Shown piece after piece: positions 32,459 through 41,545 of a stretch of 42,312 bases of DNA. The position numbers and the translations under genes were made by a program. The stretch is from IMG/VR virus record IMGVR_UViG_3300031228_000015, positions 1 through 42,312 of that record. The stretch is one strand, 5' to 3'. Under the pieces are notes generated by a model. It saw only the letters and a program-made list of their open reading frames with translations, ran no database searches and was not told the origin of the DNA. This stretch comes from a virus. Within the stretch, counting starts at the first letter, position 1, and each line of letters starts with the position of its first letter.

Positions 32459-35203
32459 CTATCCATAATCGCCATATCCCGCCGGATAGTCGCGCCGCTC
32501 GTCAGGGTCGGCCGGAACGTCCTTCAACCGCACGTCCAGGTATTTGCGAATGCGCCCGATCTCGCGCTTGAAGCCCTTCTGCACCATGATCCCGGCAAAG
32601 CCCTTTTCGGTGTAGGGCTTCACCGAATTGGCGTGGCACCACGCGGTATAGGCGCGGTGCATGTCGCGCGCGGTCACGAACGCGCCGGACATCGGCTCGA
32701 TGCAGGCCAGCGCGAATTCGCCCACCGGGTCCATGTCCGCGCGATAGCTTTCGGTGGCCGCGTCGATCTCGCGCGGCACCTGCAACCCGTTGTGCAGGTA
32801 ATCCAGCAGGCCCTCGATCAGCCAGTTCAGGATGCCCGGCCCCTCGCTCGCGAATTCGGCCAGCACCTTTTCCATCGGCCGCCGCTGGTTCGCCGGGATG
32901 GTCACTTCCCACGGCACCAGCTTCATGCGCCGCCATATGCCTTCGTCCACGCCGCCGATCGCCGGGCGGTCGTTGCCCGATCCCACGGCCTTGAACGCCG
33001 GCGAGAATTCGAAGAACGACTCGTGCAGGTGCCGCACCAGCATGGCCTCGCCGCCGGTCAGCATCTTAAGCGTCGATTCGCGAAATCCCTGCCCGCGCGG
33101 CAGCTCGGCACACACCAACATGCGCGCGCCCGTCAGGCGGGCGAATTCGGGCGTCGCCTGGTCGCCGCGGCGGTGCTGATCGCCCGTCAGCGATTCAGCC
33201 GACAGCACCTTGGCATATCCGCCCTGCAGGCGCCGCAGCGCCTCCATGAAGGTCGATTTGCCGTTGGCGCCCAGGCCATAGTTGAACACGAAGATCTGCT
33301 CGCCGGTCATCCCGGTCAGCGCATAGCCGTGATAACGTTGCAGGAACCGGCGGATAGCCTCGCCGGGCTGGAAACGCTCGACAAAAGTGCGCCACTTCGG
33401 CGCCTTGGCCACCGGGTCGTATTCCACCGGCATCACTTTCGCTATCCGGTCCTCCCGCGCGTGTGCGTCTAGGCGCACCTTCCACACGGCGCGGTCAACC
33501 TCGAAAGGCGGGTCTTCGGGGTCATCCCCGCCAACCCTCTCCCGCACCGTCTCACGCACCACGCGCAAGGTGCCGTTTTGCAGGTTGATCGACATCGCAT
33601 CGGCGTCGATCGCGTCGGGCGCCACGGTGATGTGCGGTGCGGCCTGGGCGATCATGCCGTTAATGCGCTGGGTGTTTCCGCACGATATGGCGAACTTGCG
33701 GCGGTCGGCCTTGCGCTTGGCCAGCCTCGCCGCCGCTTCCTGCCCGTCCTTCAGCAGCTTGCGCTCGCCTTCGTCCAGATCCTCGTATTCGCGGCCCTCC
33801 AGCTTCTTCGCCGCATCGGCCAGGATCTTGTCGGCCTTGCTGTGGTGCAGGCAATCGGCCTCCAGCGCGATCCGCTCGGCCGTGCGCTGGGCGAAGCGCT
33901 GGAACGCCTCCGCGCCGCCCGCGCCCTCCCAATGGGTTCCGGCCCACCAATGCGGGCCGACATCGCGCACGCGCAGCATGTCCGCCCCGAAATGGGCGAT
34001 CAGGCGGCGTGCGTTGCCGGTATCGTTTTGCGGTTCGCGCCCGCAGGCCTCGATCGCGCCGGCATCGGGTTCGTCTCCGGCATCCGCGCCTCCGATGCCG
34101 CCCGGCGGCTTCCCCGCACCCCCACCATGGGATGGTGTTCGCGCGCTTCGTGCATCCGCGTGCTTCCCCCTCATGGGGGCTTCGGGGCGGGCAGGCTCGC
34201 CGGGGGGCAGGTCGCTGGGGATGTGTGCGGGCAGCGGCGCGCGCTCGCTACGCTTGCGCCCGGCCAGCAGCCCCACTTGCGAAAGGTCGGCCGGTTCGCG
34301 CTTGCCCGCGCGCATGCCCGAACGGATCGTGCCGGCGGACTTGCGGAAATCGGGCCACGAGCGCGCCACTTCCTCCAGCGCGCCCACCGCCTCGGCCTCA
34401 TCCAGCGCACCCGCACCCACCAGGTGGCCCAGCGCCAGCGCCGCCCGGTTCAGCGTGTCGTTGCGCGTGCCCGCCGCCGCCTCGGCCGCGCGGGCCGTCT
34501 CGGCGGCAAGGGCGGCGGCGGCATAGGCGCGGATCGCCTCCTCGCGCGCCGCGTCGACACCGCCGGGCGCGATCGATCCCGTGGGTCTCGGCGGTGGGGG
34601 CGGCGGATCGGGCCGCGCGGTGACGAAGGCGATCAGCGCGGGCGGCGCGGGCACCGGCACATCCTCGCCACCCTCCGCCCAGCGATAGGCCACGCCCTCG
34701 CACCCCTCGGCCTCGGCCTTCAACCCGCTGCGCACCGATGGCGGCACGATCACGTATCCGCCGGTTCCCCGCACATCCACGCCGCGGATCACGCCCGCGC
34801 GGTTGCGGATCGCCTCGGCGCCCGTCATCGGCAGCGCGAACCACAGGTGCAGGCCCCCGCGCGGCGTTTCGGCGGTGATCGTCGGCGGCAGCTCGCACCC
34901 CGCCTCGCGCGCCACCCGCTCCAGCACCTCGGCCGCGCTGGCGCCGTCCTTCGGGTCGATATCCACCACGAAGGCGTCCACGCGCGTGCCGGTCGGCACG
35001 CCGATCATCGCGTCGGGCCACCGGTCCCACCACCGGCGGATCTGCGCCTTGTCGCAGGTCGCGTGATACAGCCCGCCGGGCACGGGCTCGCCGCGCTCAT
35101 CCTTGTCCGCCGGCGGCGTCAGCGGCCGCTTGTCGTTCGGCGAACAAGGGAACACCGGCCATCCCGATTCGGCATAGGCCAGTGCGTGATCCAGCATTTG
35201 CAC
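32459..35203 (-). CDS. Bifunctional primase-polymerase / D5_N / P4-type SF3 helicase replication protein
   Basis: 914 aa. Prim-Pol N-terminus (GWPVFPC...VVDIDPKDG...GGLHLWF...GGYVIVPPS). C-terminal Walker A GLGANGKST and P4-family primase C-terminal region. Confidence 0.9.
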   Translation of the reverse strand: MQMLDHALAYAESGWPVFPCSPNDKRPLTPPADKDERGEPVPGGLYHATCDKAQIRRWWDRWPDAMIGVPTGTRVDAFVVDIDPKDGASAAEVLERVAREAGCELPPTITAETPRGGLHLWFALPMTGAEAIRNRAGVIRGVDVRGTGGYVIVPPSVRSGLKAEAEGCEGVAYRWAEGGEDVPVPAPPALIAFVTARPDPPPPPPRPTGSIAPGGVDAAREEAIRAYAAAALAAETARAAEAAAGTRNDTLNRAALALGHLVGAGALDEAEAVGALEEVARSWPDFRKSAGTIRSGMRAGKREPADLSQVGLLAGRKRSERAPLPAHIPSDLPPGEPARPEAPMRGKHADARSARTPSHGGGAGKPPGGIGGADAGDEPDAGAIEACGREPQNDTGNARRLIAHFGADMLRVRDVGPHWWAGTHWEGAGGAEAFQRFAQRTAERIALEADCLHHSKADKILADAAKKLEGREYEDLDEGERKLLKDGQEAAARLAKRKADRRKFAISCGNTQRINGMIAQAAPHITVAPDAIDADAMSINLQNGTLRVVRETVRERVGGDDPEDPPFEVDRAVWKVRLDAHAREDRIAKVMPVEYDPVAKAPKWRTFVERFQPGEAIRRFLQRYHGYALTGMTGEQIFVFNYGLGANGKSTFMEALRRLQGGYAKVLSAESLTGDQHRRGDQATPEFARLTGARMLVCAELPRGQGFRESTLKMLTGGEAMLVRHLHESFFEFSPAFKAVGSGNDRPAIGGVDEGIWRRMKLVPWEVTIPANQRRPMEKVLAEFASEGPGILNWLIEGLLDYLHNGLQVPREIDAATESYRADMDPVGEFALACIEPMSGAFVTARDMHRAYTAWCHANSVKPYTEKGFAGIMVQKGFKREIGRIRKYLDVRLKDVPADPDERRDYPAGYGDYG

Positions 35204-35224
35204 CGGCTTCGTGCCTTTCGGGGT

Positions 35225-35698
35225 CTAGAATGGAATGTCGTCGTCCAGATCGTCGGCCGCGCCGCCCTGGGGTTGTCCGCCGGCGCTTGTGCCGCCCGCT
35301 CCCGCGCCGCCATAGGCGCCTTCGTCTTCCGGCGGGGGCGGCCGGCCGCCTCCGGAACTGCCCAGCAGGCGCAGGATGGCGTCGAAGCCCGACAGCACGA
35401 TTTCGGTGGTCCACCGGTCGTTGCCGTCGCGGTCCTGCCACTTGCGGGTGCGGATCCGGCCGCGGATCAGTAGGTGTGATCCCTTGCGCACGTATTGTTC
35501 GGTCACGCCCACCAGGCCTTCGGAAAACACCACCACATTGTGCCATTCGGTGCGCTCGCGCTTTTCGCCGGTGGTGCGGTCCTTCCACTGCTCGGACGTG
35601 GCGAGCGAAAAGCGGGCGACCTTGCCCCCGCTTTCCATGGCCCGCACTTCAGGATCGCCGCCCACATGCCCTTCCAGCACCGCGAAATTCACGCCCAT
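35225..35698 (-). CDS. ssb: Single-stranded DNA-binding protein
   Basis: OB-fold N-terminus, Gly-rich linker and the canonical acidic tip DDDIPF. Confidence 0.95.
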   Translation of the reverse strand: MGVNFAVLEGHVGGDPEVRAMESGGKVARFSLATSEQWKDRTTGEKRERTEWHNVVVFSEGLVGVTEQYVRKGSHLLIRGRIRTRKWQDRDGNDRWTTEIVLSGFDAILRLLGSSGGGRPPPPEDEGAYGGAGAGGTSAGGQPQGGAADDLDDDIPF

Positions 35699-35701
35699 CG
35701 A

Positions 35702-36037
35702 TCAATCCCCCCGCAAACAGATTTCGGCCAGCGGGAGCGTCAGAGCACACCCCTCGCAAACACACACTTCAGCCGGACGGTCGATGACCCGCGCCGGAGG
35801 GCTGGCCGCGAAGGCAGACCCAAGAGCAGCGCTTCCGCCCATCATCATGCTGAGCCCAATGCGCTCTTTCAGTCCCTGCGCGTCAAATCCCGCGCGAACC
35901 GGCGTGACAAGCCAGAACGTAAGTCCTTTGTTGATCAAAAATTCGCCGCAACCAGCGCACTTCTTGATTCGCTGCTCAGCAATCGGCTCCATCTGTCGAA
36001 CAATTTCTTGCGCTAATCTTTCCCCGCTATTCGCCAT
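35702..36037 (-). CDS. Hypothetical Cys-rich protein (CxxC ... CxCxxC)
   Basis: 111-aa ORF tightly packed between the methyltransferase and ssb genes. Confidence 0.5.
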   Translation of the reverse strand: MANSGERLAQEIVRQMEPIAEQRIKKCAGCGEFLINKGLTFWLVTPVRAGFDAQGLKERIGLSMMMGGSAALGSAFAASPPARVIDRPAEVCVCEGCALTLPLAEICLRGD

Positions 36038-36040
36038 GAC

Positions 36041-37483
36041 TCAATCCTCCCCTATCTCTTCAATCCGATCGGCCCGATCTTGCGCCCTGTCCCGCGCGAA
36101 CGTCCCGTACACCCGTCGCCCCCCCTGTTCGGGCGCGGCGGGCAGCGCCTCGGCGCCGAACAGGCCGTGATCCTCAATGCTCGCGCCGTTGCCGGGCCTC
36201 TTGCCGCCTCGCCGCGCGATCTCCGCCTGGCGCACGCGCGGGGGTGCCAGCGCCAGTTCCATGCGCCGCGCGATGTCGGCCAGGTAATCGTCCTCGCGCT
36301 CGAACAGCACGGCGCGGCATCCCTCGCGCCAGGCCGCCTCGCCGGTGGTGCCGGTGCCGGCGAAAGGATCGAGCACCGTGCCGCCCTTCGGGCACACCAG
36401 GCGCACCAGCCATTGCTTCAGGTCCAGCGGCTTGACCGTGGGATGCTTCGATCCGATCCGGTCCTCGGCATCGGCCTTGGCGGTATAGAAGAAACGGGCA
36501 GCAGAGCTGGAATCGGCATAGGTCGCCACCATCGCCCCTTGGCCGCCGCCCGAATAAGCTCCGTTGCCACCGATGCCGAAGGCGATCCGGGCCTGACCGT
36601 TGCCGCCTCCTGCATCACCTGGAAAGCAGTCAACGACCTCATCGCTGCCGTCGTGCACGATATTGGCGGGCCATCGGCCGAGGCCATCGGGGCGATCAAT
36701 GGTGCCGCCTTGCGCGCCGAGGCCATTCCCATAAGCGTGAATCGTGGTGGTCGGACGATCACCCTTCATTGTCACGGAGCCTCCGTCATCACCCACCCGG
36801 CACCCGTCGATATTCAGCGCCCCGGTGCCATGCGCCAGCACATTGCCCGCCACCGTGCCCCCCGCGTCCCTGGCCAGCGGCCTGCGCGCCAGCACGATCG
36901 GCTCCCACGCGGGCTTGAGCGCCGTGCCCCAGCCCTGCCAAGGTTCGCTTTCCGGTGTGACCAAGCAGACGTGATCGCCTTCCTTCCGCTCGGAGGGCTT
37001 CGGCAATGACCGTGCGAAATGCCGCCCCTCCTGATTGCAGGTGGTTATCGCGATCGCGCGCTCAGCGTCGTGGCTCTTCGGAAACCCGCTGCCGTAAACC
37101 CACGCCAGCTGATCCCTGATCTCGAACCCCGCGTCCTCGATCGCGCAGGCGAGCCGGTGATAGGATCGCGTGCCGCAGAACGCCACCAGGTGCGCCCCCG
37201 GCTTCATCGCCGCCAGCACGTCCGCCCAGAACGCCGGATCGAACGCCACTTCGCCCGTATCCCACGCCTTGCCCATGAACCCGGCCGATGCGCGGGCATA
37301 GGCCTCGTTGCCCTTCGCGGGCGCCGCGCCCTTCTTGCCGAACCGCTTGACGATGCTCACCAGCGCATAGGGCGGATCGGTCACCACCGCATCGATCGTG
37401 CCCGGCTGCAGCGCCTTCACCAGCTCGCGCGAATCGCCCGCGTGCAGCCGCACCTTGCCGGCCAGGAACTCGGCGGGGTTCAT
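36041..37483 (-). CDS. N6-adenine/N4-cytosine DNA methyltransferase (beta class, DPPY first)
   Basis: Start at ATG 37483 (MNPAEFLAGKVRLHAGDS...). Motifs VVTDPPY, RWPANIVHDG, AARFFYTAKA, HPTVKPL and DPFAGTGTTG. The upstream 207 codons of the track ORF were rejected. Confidence 0.9.
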   Translation of the reverse strand: MNPAEFLAGKVRLHAGDSRELVKALQPGTIDAVVTDPPYALVSIVKRFGKKGAAPAKGNEAYARASAGFMGKAWDTGEVAFDPAFWADVLAAMKPGAHLVAFCGTRSYHRLACAIEDAGFEIRDQLAWVYGSGFPKSHDAERAIAITTCNQEGRHFARSLPKPSERKEGDHVCLVTPESEPWQGWGTALKPAWEPIVLARRPLARDAGGTVAGNVLAHGTGALNIDGCRVGDDGGSVTMKGDRPTTTIHAYGNGLGAQGGTIDRPDGLGRWPANIVHDGSDEVVDCFPGDAGGGNGQARIAFGIGGNGAYSGGGQGAMVATYADSSSAARFFYTAKADAEDRIGSKHPTVKPLDLKQWLVRLVCPKGGTVLDPFAGTGTTGEAAWREGCRAVLFEREDDYLADIARRMELALAPPRVRQAEIARRGGKRPGNGASIEDHGLFGAEALPAAPEQGGRRVYGTFARDRAQDRADRIEEIGED

Positions 37484-37623
37484 GCCGCCCGCCGCCCCAG
37501 CTCGGCCTGCAGCCCGTCCACCATCGCGATCCGCTCGCCGATCCAGCGCGCGCAGTTCACCGCCCAGCTGTTGCCCAGCGCGCGGTATCGCGGGCCGCGC
37601 GCCGCATGCTCCGCCTGGTGCAT
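37480..37623 (-). pseudogene. 47-codon ORF equal to the C-terminal end (motif X region) of a C5 cytosine methyltransferase; probable relic
   Basis: MHQAEHAARGPRYRALGNSWAVNCARWIGERIAMVDGLQAELGRRAA. RY.ALGNSWAV...WIGERI is the typical C-terminus of phage Dcm-like enzymes. It begins 4 codons after the Cro-like stop in the same frame. Its stop overlaps the next ATG. Confidence 0.45.
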
Positions 37624-37635
37624 CAGGGGGCGCCG

Positions 37636-37905
37636 TCATGCCGCGTCCGCGCGGGCGTCGGCGGCGCCGTGCAAATGTCCGGGAAGAACGAAATGGTCGG
37701 GCCTCAGCTCGCCGCCCGAAAGCTCGAACAGAGTCACCATCAGCGCTTCGGATGCCCGCTGCCGGAAACCCTCGATTCGCGACAGCCCCGATGCGTTCAC
37801 CAGCTGCACCCCGCCGTTGCGCTCCGCCATCGTCCGCGCCAGCGCGCGCAGCGAATACCCTTCGCGCTCGCGCCACAGTTTCATCGGGTGCTTGCCTGTC
37901 TCCAT
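37636..37905 (-). CDS. Cro-like XRE-family HTH regulator (first gene of the minus-strand arm)
   Basis: MKLWREREGYSLRALARTMAERNGGVQLVNASGLSRIEGFRQ. Start at 37905 or 37884. Confidence 0.65.
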   Translation of the reverse strand: METGKHPMKLWREREGYSLRALARTMAERNGGVQLVNASGLSRIEGFRQRASEALMVTLFELSGGELRPDHFVLPGHLHGAADARADAA

Positions 37906-37988
37906 TCCCGATTGATGCACCGGGCGAAACGCAATAGTCAAGCCGCTTGTTGCGTGGGGCGAAGCGCCGGGCGGTGGATAACCCGCCG
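37906..37988. promoter_or_regulatory. Divergent promoter/operator region between the two HTH regulator genes
   Basis: 83-bp intergenic gap. Direct repeat GCGAA(A/G)CGC (37924-37932, 37959-37967). Inverted CGCAA...TTGCG pair around 37929-37955. Confidence 0.4.
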
Positions 37989-38321
37989 ATGAACCGCCGC
38001 GCGGCGTGCGGCGCACGCCTGTTCATCCGCGAATGGTGCGAAATTCGCGGGCTTTCCATGCGCGAGGTTGCCCGCCGCTGCCCGGCCGGCCCAACCATCG
38101 GCACGATCTCGCGCTACAACGCCGGTTCCATGCCGTGGACGCGCGATAACCTGGCCGCCGTGGCCGGCGCGCTCGATATCCCGCCGGCATGGCTGATGTC
38201 GCGCGACGCGGTGGAACACCACCGCCTGCTTTCCGCCTGGGCGCAGCTCGGCTGTGACGATCGCGAAATTGTCATGGCGATGATCGAAACCATGCTGCGC
38301 CGGCACAAGGACCGCGCCTGA
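37989..38321 (+). CDS. CI-like XRE-family HTH regulator (no peptidase domain)
   Basis: MNRRAACGARLFIREWCEIRGLSMREVARRC...ISRYNAG. Divergent from the Cro-like gene. Confidence 0.65.
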   Translation: MNRRAACGARLFIREWCEIRGLSMREVARRCPAGPTIGTISRYNAGSMPWTRDNLAAVAGALDIPPAWLMSRDAVEHHRLLSAWAQLGCDDREIVMAMIETMLRRHKDRA

Positions 38322-38489
38322 TCCACAACCCCCGCGACTTTGCCGCTTGACAATGTGTTTTGCCCCGCGCAACATTCGCCCCAACCTGCAGTTGGGCGGA
38401 AGGCGCGATGCTACACCGGAAATCGAATGGCGCGGAACGGGCGGGGCGCACGCCCCCTTATCGCGCGCCGGCATGGGGGAACAGGCCCG

Positions 38490-38684
38490 ATGCGCCGTGT
38501 CACCTTGCTTGTCCGCGCCCTCGCCGCGCGCGAATCGCTGAACGCCGCGCGCGCCATCGTGCGGGCGGACCGGCGCGCCCCGCCCGCCCTGGTGGCGGCG
38601 ATCGATTCGCTGGCGGCGTTCAATGAACGGGAAATCGCCCGGCGATCTCGGCGGCGTAGACGTAGGCGCAGCGCGGCTCGTTGA
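38490..38684 (+). CDS. Small basic hypothetical protein (64 aa)
   Basis: ATG at 38490 after GGGGGA. C-terminal RRSRRRRRRRS tract. A TTGACA-N17-CAACAT promoter-like element lies at 38346-38374. Confidence 0.35.
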   Translation: MRRVTLLVRALAARESLNAARAIVRADRRAPPALVAAIDSLAAFNEREIARRSRRRRRRRSAAR

Positions 38685-38712
38685 ATGGGCCATCCCTCGC
38701 ACACCGTCTGGG

Positions 38713-38964
38713 ATGGCCTATGACTTCGCCGCTCTGCTTGGCCACATCTCGCGCGGCGAATGGGAAGATGCGGAGCGTGAACTCGCTGACCTTCGCGATC
38801 GCCGGTGGCGCGGCTTCGCCTGTGGCCTCCTCGATCGCCTCGCGCCGCTGATCGCCGCACGCGATCCCCACACCACCGCCGCCGAAATCGAATCCGTCAT
38901 CTTCGTGCGCGATCCGCGCATGGTCGAACGCGTCCATTCGCTGATGAAGAAAGCTCCCGCATGA
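38713..38964 (+). CDS. Hypothetical protein (83 aa)
   Basis: MAYDFAALLGHISRGEWEDAE... Its stop overlaps the dnaN-like ATG (ATGA). Confidence 0.45.
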   Translation: MAYDFAALLGHISRGEWEDAERELADLRDRRWRGFACGLLDRLAPLIAARDPHTTAAEIESVIFVRDPRMVERVHSLMKKAPA

Positions 38965-40139
38965 CCTTTTCCGCCACCCTGTCCTCGGCCGTGCTCGAAC
39001 GCGCCGCATCGCGCCTCGCCGCGCTGGTCGATTCGCGCATTTCCGTGCCGATCATGGGCAACGCCCTGCTGCGGTTCGAGGCGGGCGAGGATGGCGCCTC
39101 GGCGCTCGTGCTCGCCGCCTCCAGCATCGATCAGTCGCTCACCTTGCGGGTGGAGGCGGCGGGGGAGGGTGAATGCACCGTCTCCGCCGCCCGGCTCGCC
39201 GCCGCGGCGGCCCGGCTGCAGCGCGGGGAAAAGGTCACCCTGGCCGAAGACAAGGGCGCGCTCGTCATCCGTCAGGGGCGCACCCGCTGGCGCGTGCCCA
39301 CCCTGCCCGCCGGCGATTACCCCGCCGGGGTGATAGAGCCGGTGAAGGGGCCTTCGTTCGAAGTGGAAGGCCCCGCCTTCGCCGCTCTGCTGCACTTCGT
39401 GGCGGCCGCCGCCGCCCGCGCCGATCTCGCGCGGCCTTACCTGTGCGGCGTGCGCTTCGATTTCGATCGCGCGGCGCTCGCCGCCTCCGATGGCAACGTG
39501 CTCGCCCGCGCCGCCCTCGGCCCGCTCGCCCCGCCCAAGAGGTTCAAGGGCGCGTCCTTCACCCTGCCCAACGATGCGGTAAAGCCGCTGGCCGATCTCG
39601 CGCGCGGGTGCGAACGGCTTTCCGTCACCGTGGGGAAGGCGGCGGCCGGTTTCGCCCCCGCGCATGGCGGGGAAGTGCTGCGCTCGCAATTCATCGAAGG
39701 CGACTTTCCCGATTGGCCGCGCATCGTCCCGGCCGATCGCCAGGGCCGCTTCCGCGCCGCATCGGCCGCGCTGGCACAGGCCATCGGGCATAACGCGCTG
39801 GTCGATGGCGACGTGATCGATATCGGCAAGAAGAAGGTCCGCATTCACCGCCTGCGGTTCGATTTCGGGCAGGATCGCATCGCCGTCTCCTCGCGCAACG
39901 CCGCAGGGAATGAGGCGGAAAGCGAATGCCCCGCCACGCGGCTCGCGGGCACCGATGCCGTGCTGTTCTTCCGCGGCGAATATGCCGCCGCCGCCGCCGC
40001 TTCGTTCGGCGATGCGGCAACGATCGAATTCGGGATCGAAGATCCCATGGCCCCCGTCACCGTGGTTCCCGCCGCGGGCGATGCCCCCGCCGCACTGGCC
40101 GATGCGCCACTGCTGTGGGTGCTCATGCCGATGCGCTAG
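38961..40139 (+). CDS. dnaN: DNA polymerase III beta sliding-clamp homolog
   Basis: 392 aa. The layout is clamp-like: a hinge-type LARAASRLAALVDSRISVPIMGNALL start, three similar-length domains, GDYPA, FIEGDFPDW and a C-terminal PLLWVLMPMR. Confidence 0.8.
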   Translation: MTFSATLSSAVLERAASRLAALVDSRISVPIMGNALLRFEAGEDGASALVLAASSIDQSLTLRVEAAGEGECTVSAARLAAAAARLQRGEKVTLAEDKGALVIRQGRTRWRVPTLPAGDYPAGVIEPVKGPSFEVEGPAFAALLHFVAAAAARADLARPYLCGVRFDFDRAALAASDGNVLARAALGPLAPPKRFKGASFTLPNDAVKPLADLARGCERLSVTVGKAAAGFAPAHGGEVLRSQFIEGDFPDWPRIVPADRQGRFRAASAALAQAIGHNALVDGDVIDIGKKKVRIHRLRFDFGQDRIAVSSRNAAGNEAESECPATRLAGTDAVLFFRGEYAAAAAASFGDAATIEFGIEDPMAPVTVVPAAGDAPAALADAPLLWVLMPMR

Positions 40140-40159
40140 GGCCGAACAGGGGAAACGCC

Positions 40160-40399
40160 ATGCCCGTGCAATACATCGATGTTCCCTCGCGCCGGATCGT
40201 CAAGGGGCTCGTACGCCCTACGCGGGCTTACCGCTCGATCCTCGGCCAGATCGGCCGCGCCATGCGCGCCGGGGCGGAAGTGGATTTTTCCGCCGATCGC
40301 CTCGACGGGATTCAGGAAGGTGATGTGGTGGAGCGCGTGACCGTCACCATCGGCGATGTTCCGCCGCGTCCCGAACGGGCGGAAAGGACGCCGAAGTGA
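40160..40399 (+). CDS. Hypothetical protein (79 aa)
   Basis: ATG at 40160. Its stop overlaps the next GTG (GTGA). Confidence 0.45.
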   Translation: MPVQYIDVPSRRIVKGLVRPTRAYRSILGQIGRAMRAGAEVDFSADRLDGIQEGDVVERVTVTIGDVPPRPERAERTPK

Positions 40400-40869
40400 C
40401 TGGCCGCCGCCTCAATATCGTGCCGATCACACTGCGCGAGGCGAGCGCATTCATCACGCTGCACCATCGCCATAACAAGCCACCGCGCGGGTGGAAATTC
40501 GGCCTCGGCATTGAAGTGGATGGTCGCCTGGTCGGCGTTGCCACCGCAGGGCGCCCTGTCGCCCGGCACTTCGATGACGGGCGAACACTCGAAGTCAATC
40601 GCACCTGCACCGATGGCACACGCAACGCCAACAGCAAACTTTATGGCGCGGTCTGGCGCGCGGCAAAGGCGATGGGTTACACGCGCTGCATCACCTACAC
40701 CCAGGCAACCGAGACTGGCGCATCGCTGCGCGCGGCGGGGTGGCGGATGATCAAGGAACTTGCCGCCCGCAAGTCGTGGGCCGAGTCCAGTGGGAAGCTG
40801 AAGGCGCTCCGCGACCCTGTTGGCAATGGCGGCGTTACCCGCCAGCTGTGGGAAATATCATGCGCCTAG
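40396..40869 (+). CDS. XF1762-family protein (GNAT-fold-like, function unknown)
   Basis: IVPITLREASAFITLHHRHNKPPRGWKFGLG...GRLVGVATAGRPVARHFDDGRTLEVNRTCTDGTRNANSKLYGA..RAAKAMGY.R.ITYT...E.GASLRAAGW matches my recollection of this prophage-associated family. Confidence 0.7.
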   Translation: MTGRRLNIVPITLREASAFITLHHRHNKPPRGWKFGLGIEVDGRLVGVATAGRPVARHFDDGRTLEVNRTCTDGTRNANSKLYGAVWRAAKAMGYTRCITYTQATETGASLRAAGWRMIKELAARKSWAESSGKLKALRDPVGNGGVTRQLWEISCA

Positions 40870-41252
40870 ACGCACGCCTCTCCGCCGCCGCCCGCGTGCG
40901 AAAGGCCGATGTCGCGGCCCGTGCCCCATGCCTCGAATGCGGCGGCCCCATGGATGGCCGCCACGCCCGTGCCGAATTCTGCGGCCCGCCGTGCCGCAAG
41001 GCGTGGAACAACCGCCGCATGGTGCGCGGGGCGGAACTCTATGACCTGTTCATGGCCCACCGCTTCGATCGCGCGCGGGCGACCGAGCTTGGCCTGCTCG
41101 GCGTGGTCAACCGCATGGCCTCCTATTTTCGTGACGATGACAAGGCCGCCCGCGACGGGCGCCGGTCCTGGCGCCGGCCGGAAGCGGTGCTGGAATCCCG
41201 CCCCGGCCTGCGCGCCACCGTTTTCTATCTCAGGAAAGGCAAGCGCCGATGA
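40860..41252 (+). CDS. Hypothetical zinc-finger-like protein (130 aa)
   Basis: CLECGGP...FCGPPCRKAWNNRR. Overlaps the previous stop. Confidence 0.5.
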   Translation: MRLDARLSAAARVRKADVAARAPCLECGGPMDGRHARAEFCGPPCRKAWNNRRMVRGAELYDLFMAHRFDRARATELGLLGVVNRMASYFRDDDKAARDGRRSWRRPEAVLESRPGLRATVFYLRKGKRR

Positions 41253-41545
41253 TCAGCCTCTCCATCCCCGACATGCCGCTTCGCCGGGCGATGTGCCTGC
41301 CGGACAGGCCCGCGCGGGAAGGAATCCCCCATACCACTGGCACCGTGCTCCTCTGTCCGCAAAGCGGCAACGCCTTCATGTTCGTGCGCTCGATCACCCG
41401 GTCGACCGTCCACGCGCTGCTCGTATTCGATGATGACGGCGCGCTGGCGGGGGTGGCGGAGGCGACGCGCGACAAGCTTGACCGGCTGTTCGTGGTCGGC
41501 CGCGTCACCAATCTCCCCGCTATGCTGGAGGTGGAATGGTCATGA
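41249..41545 (+). CDS. Hypothetical protein (98 aa)
   Basis: ATGA-coupled on both sides. Confidence 0.45.
   Translation: MISLSIPDMPLRRAMCLPDRPAREGIPHTTGTVLLCPQSGNAFMFVRSITRSTVHALLVFDDDGALAGVAEATRDKLDRLFVVGRVTNLPAMLEVEWS

Noticed and set aside
37484-38104. N-terminal 207 codons of the 687-aa track ORF (36041..38104) as part of the methyltransferase
   Set aside because: The translation is Arg/Ala/Gly-rich nonsense that overlaps the Cro-like gene and the intergenic switch. A canonical methyltransferase N-terminus begins at ATG 37483.
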